From positions 156,116,001 through 156,180,000 of the forward strand of contig NC_042998.1 in the NCBI RefSeq assembly GCF_006345805.1: a stretch of 64,000 nt of DNA. Reading direction: 5' to 3'. A program made the position numbers and the translations under genes. Below are positions 25,661 to 38,176 of this stretch, one piece after another. The stretch comes from Octopus sinensis. Lineage: Eukaryota. The notes under the pieces are model-generated. The model saw nothing but the letters and a program-made list of their open reading frames with translations, was not told the DNA's origin and did not search any database. Numbering within the stretch: position 1 is the first letter of the stretch; every line of letters begins with the position of its first letter.

Positions 25661-26024
25661 TGTATGTATGTATGTAGTATGTATGTATGTATGTATGTAT
25701 GTATGTATGTATGTATGCATGTATGTATGTATGTATGTATGTATGCATGCATGCATGTATGTATGTATGTATGTATGTATGTATGTATGTATGTATGTAT
25801 GTATGTATGTATGTATGTATGTATGTATGCATGTATGTATGTATGTATGTATGAATGAATGTATTATTGCATGTATGTTTGTGTATGTGTGTGTAAACTA
25901 AAATGTAAAAAGTCAAAAGTAAAACGGTAAAAGAATAATCATCCTTAGACCTTAAATAAAAAGGCTGGAATGATATCAACAAGTTAATCAGGAATAGGCA
26001 GAATTTTCCAATTCTTCAAAATAT

Positions 26025-26063
<39 letters not shown>

Positions 26064-26074
26064 CGCGTGCACAC

Positions 26075-26123
<49 letters not shown>

Positions 26124-26377
26124 GTGTTTGTATGTATGTGCTTAGATATATGTATGTATATATTTGTGTATGTATGTATGTATGTATGTATGTATGTATG
26201 TATGTATGTATTTATCTATCTAAACATGAATGTGTATGTGTGTACTTTTATTACATCAATAATATAGAAAAGATACCCAGGTATCTTTTCTATATTATTG
26301 TCCCCTCCATTAACTATATGACTCCCGATTTCTGACTGTAAATAATGACTTCATTCAAATGCAAAATCGTGTCTTAC

Positions 26378-26450
26378 TTGCTTCTCTGTCTAAAGAAGTT
26401 CTAATAGAAGACATCTTGCATTTTCTCCAGCAAGTACAATTTTGTAATTC
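26378..26450 (-). CDS. Candidate internal exon (phase 0 to 1): ELQNCTCWRKCKMSSIRTSLDREA
   Basis: tttcatttgctaatAG acceptor and GTAAGA donor; only one open frame, compatible with the upstream candidate exon. No recognised homology. Confidence 0.35.
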
Positions 26451-26529
26451 CTATTAGCAAATGAAACATGTAATGGTATATAATAAATAATACCAACATT
26501 TTTCCAATCTCTTATTTTCACACACACAT

Positions 26530-27110
26530 GCACAGTTTCTAAACAGTTTCAAATTAGAATCCTCTGACTTCAATGTACTTGTAGTACTCTATCCACTTCA
26601 AGAAGGCCCTATGGAAGTCCTCCAGAGTGAAGGTGTTCAAACCCTTGTCACAGCCTCTATTATCTTCAAAACGACTGCCACTGAGGTTCTCTTGCTAGTC
26701 ACAGGAAGCATGGTCTGGACTGTAGGGAGGGTGAGGGACACTTTTGATGCCCATCTTTGTCAAGTAGATGATTACTTGAATGCTTGTCACTAAGTACTCT
26801 GGGAATAAACTGTGCACAAATTTTGCGCATTTTCAGATGTACACGAATAATTCTATGTACAGTTGCCTCACCAACTCTAAACTGTATGCATATTGTCTTT
26901 ATAGATATACGACGGTCTTCAACCAAACAGTTGCGAATTTTCTCAACCAACTGCGATGTTCCGATGTCCCTCTCCTTCCCATCTCTCTCATCATCTCTCA
27001 CTTACTTTCTTGGCAAAGCAGCTTATTAGATATCTAGTAATTACAATAGTCCTGGACATTTATAACTGCCTCTCCTAAAAGTTTCAGAAAGCTTCTGGAA
27101 TGCACCCTGT
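26530..27110 (-). mobile_element. Mariner-family transposase relic with an internal deletion
   Basis: VEKIRNCLVEDRRISIKTI...TVHRII...LKMRKICAQFIPRVLS joined to YLTKMGIKSVPHPPYSPDHA (YSPDL-type motif). Confidence 0.85.
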
Positions 27111-27680
27111 GCATGTGTGCGTGCGCGCACATATGCGTGTCTCTGTGTAAGTGCGCGGGCGTGCGCGCACATGCTCTGTGTGTGTGTGAGTGACTGTGTG
27201 TGTAAGTAGTGTGTGCGTGTGTGTATGTGTATTTGTGTTTGTGTATTTGTACTGAACTACTGCTGGTGTTTCGCTTTACTTCCTGAGGAGAATACCTTGC
27301 TAGAAGTGCAATAATTGAGCCTTCTAGAAATAGACTTGTTTATATTAATAAGTTGCCTCAATGGTCATGATAAAAATTTGTGATCTTTACGGACAACAAT
27401 TTGAAATTATAAATAACCTACACTCTCCGTACCTAATTTAATTAGCATTTGATTTGTTCACTATGATATAATCGATATCTGTCACAAACTGCAGTTTTCT
27501 ATTTTTATATACCGCACAATATCCCAACAAAACAAATCTGCTACTCCACTATCCTTTAGCCAATGTATAGCCATTAATTCTTCTACAATAAAAATATGGA
27601 GCGGATAACATATATGTTGAATAGACCATCAGCTACAAAGATACTAAGCCCCAAGTATCTACATGAACAAAACCACCAAC

Positions 27681-27772
27681 CTCAGTAATATAACTAGACC
27701 ACCATTTGTTTATGCGGATCTCTGTGTTTCGCGATATAGATTCAATTGTTCGATTATCTGAATTATCTGCTC
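27681..27772 (-). CDS. Candidate internal exon (phase 1 to 0): (G)ADNSDNRTIESISRNTEIRINKWWSSYITE
   Basis: acatttattCAG acceptor and GAG|GTTGGT donor; only the phase-1 frame is open. Confidence 0.35.
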
Positions 27773-29639
27773 CTGAATAAATGTGTAAGTTGCTGAGCTT
27801 TCCACATAGTGAGCCCGCTTGACACAGTTTGGGAGAAGGCATTACCTTTTGAGTTCTGGTAAAATCCACCCGATGGGTTTTTATAGTTCGTCTACTCAGT
27901 TTCATTCTCAAGTTATGGATCGACCCGAGGCTATAGAAAATGACATTTGTCCAGTAAGCTCAAACTTTGGAGCTCGAAGTCGCAAAGCGAACTTCTTAAC
28001 CATTCAACCATGTGGCATTTACACGACTATATTAAACCAAAAAGCGATCCAACAAGGGAACCGCTACGTTGTGGCTCAAGCTGCTACAAGAAGCAAATAA
28101 AACTCCCTAAAATCACTTCCATACTCTAAAACGGGTTAAGACAAATTTCTAGATATTGAAAAGACAGAATGGCCATAGGTTGCATGTGTTTAATCACAAG
28201 TTTTCTCGGTCAAATTTGATCTGGTTCTAAAGAACAACATAGACTTTTAGACTTAGTACGGGGATTAGTCAACCAACTACATAAACATAACAAACCACAA
28301 TCTATAAAATTCATAGTCGTTTCTAGATGAAGATTTTCCAATGTTTAAGACAAACGCATTACGCAAGCACATTATATGAATCAGATATGATGAGTCGCTT
28401 TTGATAGAATTTCAGCAATCAAGTCACGGCCATCTCATCTATATTACGGGTATGCGGAGCGAAAATTAAGGTTTTCTAATTATCAATCCAATTTTAAAAC
28501 ATTAATAATATTGTTGGGGCAAACTGATCGAAACAATCGGCGGGTAAAACAGCCACTAGAAAGTTCCCTCACTGAACCACTTTATTTGATAGCCAATGAT
28601 GAGTAGCCCCTGGGTTAATCTGACGGTGCAGTGTTATAGTGTGCAGACAGTTAAACAAAAAAGAAGGTTGCGACCCTTAGCTATGTTTTTTTCCTAGTTC
28701 TACCATGTTTTACCTTATACCTTATTCAAGTTATACACTCCGATATATATTGAATAGTATGGAGAGTAATGTGATAATCCTGATATATTGTAATTTCTTT
28801 GTTGTTTAATCTATTTTTGTTGTTTAATCTATTTTTGTACGCTGATGGTAGCCACAGCGCAGACAGGATGTGGATTCAGTCAGAGTGCAACAGTTGCTTT
28901 TTCTCTGTACTTGGTGATGTATATTCCAACACAGTATTTGGGGTTATACCTCGGGTTTCTGTAGGTGTAGTCTGTGTTCAACATGTAACGATGTCTATGT
29001 GTGTTGTTTTCCATTTTAGTTTAATGTGGTTTGTTATGGAGTGATTGATCGTGCAGGCAGAACTGTTATTGTCTATATTTATGGTTGTATTATATTATTA
29101 TTGTGGGTTTATTCTGCTAACTAAATGTGTACCGGTGAGTATTATAAATATGTTCGAGTTATATTGATGTTCGAAATTAATGATTTGTTTGACCATTCAA
29201 ATTTTAGCGTCGTTGCAATGCTTCTAAATCAGTTAAATCTATTGATGAATTTCTAATGTAACTGTTTCCAGTTTCTAATGTAACTATCCCATAAAAATAG
29301 AAATCTAAGATAAATAAGACTTATCATTTTAACAACGGTGCAAAGCTTAAAAATTATAGGAGACGGGGAATGGGATTGACAGATGTTTATATATTTCCTG
29401 TTGTTAGGGATATAACTGAAATAAATTGTTCCAACTCGGAAATGAAATTGTGTAGCAGATTCAACTTTCCAGAAACATTTCAGGTTGCATCATTTTGTTT
29501 ACATACCAAATTTTCTGTGGTAGACATCAGCTGTTCAATTATACGTATTTTGCCAGCTGTGATTTAACCATATAGAATCATAAAGATCATAGAATCTCAT
29601 ACAGCTGGGATAATTAAATCAAATATATTTGCATTCCTT

Positions 29640-31704
29640 TAACAATGCATAAAGAAATAGATATTCGTTGTCAATAATTAAACTTACGTCAGAAATTTTG
29701 TAAAAATTTTTGTTTATCATAATTATTTCATTGTCTGTTACTAAATTTAGAGTGCTAATTCCAAAAATGTTAACCGTTTCAGAAGAATTAAACTATAGTG
29801 AATAGCTGCTTCAAATACCTATGTAAAATCAGTTTTCAATTTCACTTTATTTTATAGAGTTGGAAATCTTATCATTGTATAATATGTTAAGTAGTGAAGA
29901 CAAAACTTCACCAGACATCTTCTGTTATGCTAACAGTTGTTGCTATGTTAAAATCCAGCAGGTATCATAAAGTTGTGAAAGGTGCCGAAATCTGGACAGT
30001 GCACTTTGGAATGTTATTGGTGATCAAAGCAAGCCTTAGGCCCTACATGTAATATGTAAATGCTGTTAATTTAACTCTTTGCTATTTCCAGAATATGAAG
30101 AAACTCGAAGAATAACTACACGAACTCTTATTTTTGTATATTACATGTTACAATGTATATTAAGTTTAAGCAAAAGGATGATCTTCATTGTACAACTCAA
30201 AGAAAGGAATTCAATAGGATAAGATTAATAGAAGATTGCTGGACTACAATGCACCAGTAAAAGGCATGCAGAATTTAAAAGTTGTTAGTGAAGACCTGTG
30301 TTTCTGAAAAGATAAATTAGTTAAGTTAAGTTAATTTTTTGGCTCAAAAAGCAAAAAGCAAGGCCATGTAGGGGAACATGGAGTTACGTACAGGGTGGTG
30401 TTCATGCAAAGAGTTCAGGCCATTTGTGGTCAAGGGAGACTTTGAACCGAGCGGTCGTCGGCATCTTCACTATCTCGTCCGGCAGCTTATTCCACGGATC
30501 CGCAACCCGGACGGAGAAAGCCTCTCTCCTTCGATTGAGATGAAATCGTCGTAGACAGAGCTTTTCGGAATGACCCCGCAGCCGACGCTCTGGAGCAGGA
30601 GTGAAGAACAACTCTTTCGAGAGGTCACACTTTCCGCTTATGATGTTGTGAGCAAGAATGAGATCACCACGGCGTCGTCGTTTTTCTAGAGAATAAAGGT
30701 CGAGCGTCTTCAGCCTTTCTTCATAAGACAAATGCTTGAGATCAAGAACCATGCGGGTAGCCAGCTTCTGGACTCTTTCGAGATGATGTATGTCTTTGAG
30801 GAGATAAGGAGAAGAGGCTTGAATCCCGTTCTCCAGTATGGGTCTCACCAGCGTGACATAGAGCGGTAGGAATATGGCTGCTGTGAGCATTCCGAATGAC
30901 CGTCGAATCAAAAACACAACTCCGCGTGCTTTGTTGGCAGCATGGACGCACTGGGCCGAAGGCGAAAAGGAAGAATCCACCAAGATACCCAGGTCCTTTA
31001 CCTGGTCGGTCCTCTCCAGCAGCAGACGGTGGAGGCATCGACGAAGATATCTATATCACCGCGAGGAGCGACCAGTTTGACATCATCGGCAAATAGAAGG
31101 GTGTGTTGCGTGAGGTCGTCGGGCAAGTCATTTATGAAGACTAAGAACAATAAGGGCCCAAGCATTGAACCTTGAGGCACGCCACTGCTCGCACTGGAGA
31201 CGTCGGACAGCGAACCATTAACTTGGACTTGGAAGGAGCGATCTGAGAGGAAGGCACCAACCCATCGTACAATATCCGGATGGAAACTATATGCTTGAAG
31301 CTTGACAAGTAATAGGCGGTGGTTAACCGAGTCAAAAGCTTTGGTAAAGTCCAATAAAACGATGTCAACAGCATCACCATCATCGAGGATACGCGTCACC
31401 AATTCTTTGCTTACTGTTCTTGGACTGAAGCATGACTATGTTGAATGAGAACTTTTTCATAGACAATTCAATTTCAAAAACTGCTTTGAAGCAGTTTTAC
31501 TTCACTAAGTAGATATCAATTTTTACCTTTTGGACATTCGGTAGAAATGAAAAAGCCATGAAGATGTTAAACGGTGAGTTGCCAAATTCAAGAATAAAGA
31601 ATGTAAGTTATATGTGAGGAAGGTTTTCAAGCAGCTTGCCTTTATGCTTTATCAGGTGTATATACATGTTATACATCTTTTTTGTTTTGTTTATAGAATA
31701 GTAG
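29640..31704 (+). mobile_element. Chapaev3-like transposase relic interrupted by a CR1-like LINE
   Basis: PDIFCY (29910), IGDQSKP*ALHVICKCC (30015-30066), then after the LINE LFID.., LKAVLLH (31485) and FCL*NSR (31683-31704). Boundaries are approximate. Confidence 0.65.
30317..31410 (-). mobile_element. CR1-like LINE, 5'-truncated RT/3' fragment
   Basis: LLDFTKAFDSVNH, SGVPQGSMLGPLLFLVFINDL, LFADDVKL, LERVQKLATRMV...SYEERL...RRRRGDLI; the 3' tail is (ACTTA)n. An internal deletion/frameshift separates the two ORFs. Confidence 0.93.
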
Positions 31705-32529
31705 GCTCCTTTGCGCCACATTGGCTCAACTCTCCTCCCCTCTCCTCTCTCCCTCTCACACCTCACACCCACCTTTATTCTCTTGCTCCGACTCCTACTT
31801 CTTCTCTTCCCTCCTACTCTCCTTTTCTCTTCTCTTCACTCCTACCCACCTTCTCCCTTCCCCCCTCTCTTCATCGTGACCCTTCCCTCGTAATTCCACC
31901 CCAACACAATCCAACCCCACCTTCGCTATCCATCCCATCCCCATCCCATCCCTTACACCCACTCCCACATACACCGTCTCTACCCCACCTTCAGCCTAAC
32001 CACACCCCACTCTTGCTTTCCCCACTCTCGCCTCCTCCACATCCCAACACCATCACACCATACCACACTACACATCACTACACCATACACCATCATACCA
32101 CACAACACCACATTACATCACATCACACCACCACGCACACACTAGTACTGACCACTTCCCAGCCCCACATCCACGCACCTACACCTACACACACGCACAC
32201 GTCATGGTCACCAGCCCTCTTCCACACGCATACAATGCTCTCTTACAAACATGCACGCGCACCTTCGTTTTGGGATCACCACTACATTATTATCTCCCCT
32301 TCTTCCTAGCTCTCCTGTGTGACTGCTCTGTCAGGCATTCGGCATGATAGATCACTAGCCACTATACATTCTTTATTTTCTCTCTTTGTTTCTTTCTGTA
32401 TTCCTTTCTGTGGAAGAGCGTAGGCTCGAAACGTTAAAGACTTTTTCACTTCCCGAGTGTTAAACTGATATATCTGTTTGTTGCCTACACCACCTGTCTT
32501 CGTCTTTTGTTTTTTTGTGAATTCTCACC

Positions 32530-32536
<7 letters not shown>
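31705..32536 (+). mobile_element. Diverged Neptune-type pLTR (3' end of a PLE) with a hammerhead-like motif at 32404-32440
   Basis: Starts like 7950 (ggctcaactctcc), has a C-rich tract, contains CTTT-CTGTGGA-A-GAGCGTAGGCTC-GAAACGTT-AAAG, and ends at (TA)n. Confidence 0.85.
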
Positions 32537-32574
<38 letters not shown>

Positions 32575-32743
32575 CATACATGGTGCAGGCGTAGCTGTGT
32601 GGTTATAAGCTTGCTTTCCAATCACATAGTTCTGGATTCAGTTCCACTGCGTGGGACCTTGCAAAAGTCTCTTCTACTATAGCTTTGGGCCGACTAAAGC
32701 CTTGTGAGTAGATTTGATTGACGGAAACTGAAAGGCACCCCTC

Positions 32744-32794
<51 letters not shown>

Positions 32795-32797
<3 letters not shown>

Positions 32798-33613
32798 AAT
32801 AATAAAAGGGCAACATTGATTAATTATTAATTGATAATTTTACCAAGTAGTGTTCAGTATGTAAAAATGCCATTTACGGTATATTTAAAACATTACGTTA
32901 TATAATTAGGCTTCAGTAAAATAATTTACTTTACCACACACCGAACTTTTAGAAATAGCAGCCAAAAAATTTTAGCTATTTCCTCTACTATAAGAAAAGT
33001 CTCCCAGACAATGTATACTCGAAAATAATTCACGTAGGTATAGAGGGAAACATAACGAAAGATCACACGTACATCGATTATCTGAGAACGCCGTTTCTGG
33101 ATTAGTTGGATATAGAGATCAACATTTCCGTCATCAGCCCAAGATTTCTTTACGTTTGAATTTGAGAGCACTAAAAATCGAACATACCCGTCTGATATAA
33201 GTAATCCCAGACAAACCATCTTCGACCGCTAGTACTAACGAATTCAAAAAGTACGAATGAGGCTTTGTATCCTCCCTCGTCCACCCACGTGAGTTATAGA
33301 GCAACAAGTCCCTACAGAGGGGTCTGTTGTTTATTATCAGTGAGAGAGAATTATATTGTCAATAATAAAAGGGTAAAATTAATTAATTATTAATTAATAA
33401 TTTTACCAAGTAGTGTTCAGTATGTAAAAAGACCATTTACGGTATATTTAAAACATTACGTTATATAATTAGGGTTCAGTAACATAATTTACTTTACCAC
33501 ACACCGAACTTTTAGAAATAGCAGCCAAAAAATTTTAGCTATTTCCTCTACTATAAGAAAAGTCTCCCAGACAATGTATACAGAAAAATAATTCACGCAG
33601 GTATAGAGGGAAA
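32795..33613 (-). mobile_element. Non-coding partial-tandem (about 1.45 units of 563 bp) hammerhead-bearing element, retrozyme-like
   Basis: Direct repeats 32795-33050 and 33358-33613 (256 bp, a few mismatches); hammerhead in the unique part; flanked by (TA)n and (CA)n. Confidence 0.75.
33080..33145 (-). ncRNA. Type-I hammerhead ribozyme, canonical core
   Basis: Minus strand: ATCTTGGG-CTGATGA-cGGA..GTTG...CAAC..TCCa-GAA-ACGGCGT-T^-CTCAGAT. Helix I has a G-U pair and one bulge; helix III is quasi-palindromic. Confidence 0.72.
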
Positions 33614-33621
33614 TACACACA

Positions 33622-33692
<71 letters not shown>

Positions 33693-33985
33693 AAACTGGC
33701 CATGATGCATACGTGCATATATGTGTGGGTATACGTTCGTATATGTAAGTATTTGTATGTTGTATTTATATATATATGTATTTCTGTTTATCTTCTGTGT
33801 AGCATTCATAAATGCAAAGTCAGAAATCCGGATCTAGAATTATCCAGTAACTTTTTACTAGTTTCATCTTGTCCCTTTGTTTTTTCTCCGTTTTGATATA
33901 TGGACAATTTAGGTGGTTTTAAAGTCAGATCATGGCTGCTATTTTCAGCATGGCGGTATCTCGTAGATACCCCAATTTATAACTT

Positions 33986-34038
<53 letters not shown>

Positions 34039-34349
34039 ATACACACACATACATATATATAATATATATATTATATATATATATAATAATACACACACAT
34101 ACATACATATATATATATATATAATTATATATATATATATATTATATATATAATTATATATATATTATATATATATATATAATATATATATATATCTATA
34201 TATATATATAATGTATATATATACGCACACATATATATATAATATATATATAATATATATATATATACTTACACATTTATATTTATATATATATATATAT
34301 GTATATATATACATATATATATATATATATTATATATATATACTTACAC

Positions 34350-34386
<37 letters not shown>

Positions 34387-34508
34387 TGTATGTGTGTGTG
34401 TGTCTTGGTATCTATGTTTGTACCTCACCACCATTTGACGACCGGTGTTAGTGTGTTTATATCACCGTAACTTAGCGATGCCCCCACTCTGCTGGCTGAA
34501 ACAAATAA

Positions 34509-34784
34509 AAGGTAAAAGATAAAGATTATATCCTTTCTGAACAGCTCAGATCTGCATTTTAGAAAGGAAGTTTCCAGGTGCTGATCAACATCAAAAGACA
34601 AACAAAGGTCCCGCTTAAAATTTGCATATGTACATTATAAATACATGCATATGTATTTAGTGTATATAATCTATATATACATATATATGTATGTATATAT
34701 GTGTGTATGTATATATATATATACATACATACATATATATGTATATAATCTATATATACATATATATGTATGTATATATGTGTG

Positions 34785-34831
<47 letters not shown>

Positions 34832-34847
34832 TATATATTATATATAT

Positions 34848-34920
<73 letters not shown>

Positions 34921-35108
34921 CATACATACATATAGATGCATATATAGATTATATACAGTAAATACATATGCATATATTTATAATGTACATATGCAAATTT
35001 TAAGCGGGACCTTTGTTGTCTTTTGATGTTGATCAGCACCTGGAAACTTCCTTTCTAAAATGTAGGTCTGAGCAGTTCAGAAATGATATATCTTTTATCT
35101 TTTACCTT
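34509..35108. repeat. About 170-bp inverted repeat around a TA-rich microsatellite
   Basis: 34509-34677 is the reverse complement of 34941-35108 with few mismatches. Confidence 0.92.
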
Positions 35109-35129
35109 ATATATCTATATATATATATT

Positions 35130-35443
35130 CGGTCATGAATGATCATGAGATTGTACCTAGAAAGTTCCCCTCCGAGGCACAAGTCCGAACAGGGTTGTTT
35201 ATGGAAGACCAGCAGCTACCCATGCACACCATTCTCCCCTCTCCACGCCACTGATGCTATCCAAGGGAAAGGTAAAGGCCGATACAGCTTGGCACCTGTG
35301 ACGTCGCAACTCATTTCTGCAGCTTAGTGAACTGGAGCAACGTGAAATAAAGTGTCTTGCTCAAGAACATTGCACACAGCTCGATCTGGGAATCGAACTC
35401 ACTACCTCATGATTGTAAGCTCGATGCTCTAACAACTAAACCA
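35130..35443 (-). mobile_element. tRNA-derived SINE family B
   Basis: Minus strand: TGGTTTAGTTGTTA (A-box), GAGTTCGATTCC (B-box), central ttgagcaagacactttatttcacgttgctccagt. Confidence 0.85.
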
Positions 35444-35676
35444 TACACTTATGTATATGTACACACACACACACACACAAACAAACAAACAAACAAACAT
35501 ATAAAAATATATATCAATATATGTATATATGCATATATATGCATATTGATGCATATATGATATATGTATGTAACTATGTGTGTATATATTACATAGTCTA
35601 TATATATACGTATATATTTATGCATATATATATATGTATGTGTGTGTGTGTGTGTGTGCGTGTATGTGTGTGTGTG

Positions 35677-35717
<41 letters not shown>

Positions 35718-35720
<3 letters not shown>

Positions 35721-36030
35721 GGCGCGCGGCTTAGTGGTTATGGTATTCGGCTCACGATCGTATGGTCGTGAGTTCAATTCCCGGCGAGCGTTGTGTCCTC
35801 GAGCAAGACACTTTATTTCATGTTGCTCCAGTCGACTCAGCTGGCAAAAATGATTAGTACCTGTATTTCAAAGGGCCAGCCTTGTCGCACTCTGCGTCAC
35901 GCTGAATCTCCCTGAGAACTACGTTAAGGGTACACGTTTCAGTGGAGTGCTCAGCCACTTGCACGTTAGTTTTACGAGCAAGCTGTTCCGTTGATCGTAT
36001 CAGCTGAGACCCTCATCGTCGTAACCGTAA
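35718..36030 (+). mobile_element. tRNA-derived SINE family B' (same head and core as B, different 3' part)
   Basis: CGGCTTAGTGG, GAGTTCAATTCC, gttgtgtcctcgagcaagacactttatttcatgttgctccagt. Confidence 0.85.
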
Positions 36031-36033
36031 GAG

Positions 36034-36074
<41 letters not shown>

Positions 36075-36966
36075 CACACGGAATTAGGAAAACTCTAATT
36101 ATACCACAAACTGTTGAATATTAATTCACTCTGTTCATCGAAGCTGCACCGACCGTTTTCCTGATGTCAACAACGCAATGTTGAATCATCAAAGCATGAC
36201 TGGTGAGAAATAGTTAAGTTTCCATTAAATCTCACCCTAATACCATAAAAAAAGATAGAAGTCTGCATTAAAAAATGTAGTATAAAATATACTTAATTAT
36301 TGGTGCTGAGGAAGACGTTGAAGCGTTTATGTTCATAGGTACTCAGTCGAGATCTGGGTCTAAAAGTTAATTTGTATCACATCAAAATGCGCCACGTTCG
36401 TACTCAAACCTGGTACTGTCCGGCACCAAATTGTTATAGCAGCAGAATATAACTTCGATTTGCTTAGCATCTCAAAGTCTTCAACTGGGCCGTACCAACA
36501 TGATACTACATGGAACTATATATTAAATATAACGATCAGAAAACAGACAGCTCTTGTATCACCAACATCGGTTGCAGTTATTGCAGCAGTTATAGTTACA
36601 GCAACAGTAATTGTAGCAGCAGCAGTGGTATTCGTAACCGAGCAGTAGCACCGTTAGGGTGCAATATTGCAGTTCTAGTTTTATCAATATCATTCCTCTT
36701 CAATGTGTTTATTATTCGTTTTTAATAAATTTTCTTCCATGGTTGGAAAATTGTTTTCACCAGTCTATGTATGTATGTATGTATGTATGTATGTATGTAT
36801 GTATGTATGTATGTATGTATGTATGTATGTATGTATGTATGTATGTATGTATGTATGCATGTATGTATGTATGCATGTATGCATGTATGTATGTATGCAT
36901 GCTGTTGAAATCCAAACAGATCGAGCATGCTCTTTGTTTTTATCAGTAGTTTAAAAACAATATATA

Positions 36967-37159
36967 TATTCTTTTATTCTTTATTCTTTTACTTGTTTCA
37001 GTCATTTGACTGCGGCCATGCTGGAGAACCGCCTTTAGTCGAGCAAATCGACGCCAGGACTTATTATTTGTAAGCCTAGTACTTATTCTATCGGTCTGGT
37101 TTGCCGAACCGCTAAGTTACGTGGACATAAACACACCAGCATCGGTTGTCAAGCGATGT

Positions 37160-37160
<1 letters not shown>
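36967..37160 (-). mobile_element. SINE family A, 3' half
   Basis: Matches 18431-18620; truncated at (CA)n. Confidence 0.88.
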
Positions 37161-37194
<34 letters not shown>

Positions 37195-38176
37195 ATGTAT
37201 GTATGTATAAGTTCACTTTGTAATCACGTAATTTCAGTGTGCTCGCGCGCGAGTGTGTGGTCGGGAGGAGAAGCAGTTATGGGTGCTTCAGAGGAATTTA
37301 GATTGTTAAAAGAGAAAGAAAGAAAAAGAGAGAAAGAGAGAAGGCAGGGAGAAAGACAGAGAGTGAGGGAGAGGGAGAGGGAGAAAGAGAGAGAGCGCAA
37401 ACTATAGTAAGTGAGCAACAGCAACCGAGATCAAGAAAAGAAAATTAATATTGCAGGCATGGTAAATTTGAGAGAGAGAAAAGAGAAATCCGGAAAACAG
37501 AGTAATAAATAAAGAAGAAAAGAAAGCAATTGAAATGAATGAATGAATGAATGAATACGTGAATGAATGAATGATTGAATGAATGAATGATTAAAGAAAG
37601 TAAACGATGAAAGTATATAATGTCTATTGTAGGAAACGGTATTTTCCATGAATTCGATAGTATTTTCCAGTTCTGACGCTAGTCAGTCATCAATGACGTA
37701 TTTTCATTGGAAAACACGTCAATCGGAATCTCTATGTAAGTGGGGTCAGGTGACTTAATCAATGCAGTCATAACAAACGTAGATAGTTAATATTGATTGT
37801 TATTTATTCTAAAGGCAAAACCACATTAAATAGTTTTCTCTGATATCTGTTTATTTATATGTTTTGTTTTATCTTTGTTGGTATCGCCTAAAATGATGAA
37901 TTTATGCTATAGAAGTAGACTTTTATTCCATTTAAGCATTCTACATTTTCCAGTTTAAAGTTTGTTAGTAGTTTCTTTTTTGTGTTTGCTACAAAGCCCA
38001 TGCAGGGGAAAAAAGTAAATGCATTTTCCTGCTTAGGCTTTCGTGGTCGGATTTATTTCTGATGACAATTCTTTTATGTTTTGATTCCCCACCCCACCCC
38101 GCCAATATGCACACATAAACCCGATGTGGTCACAAATGTGTACGTATGTTCTTATATGCATATTAATGTGTAAAAA

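Larger units (their letters stand above)
32582..34525 (+). mobile_element. SINE family A split by insertions in its internal TA tract
   Basis: Head at 32582-32745; partially deleted tail at 34390-34525 (ttgacgaccggtgttagtgtgttt...cgtaacttagcg...ctgaaacaaataaaagg). Confidence 0.75.

Noticed and set aside
31614-32309. 231-aa Pro/His-rich ORF
   Set aside because: C-rich pLTR low-complexity tract.
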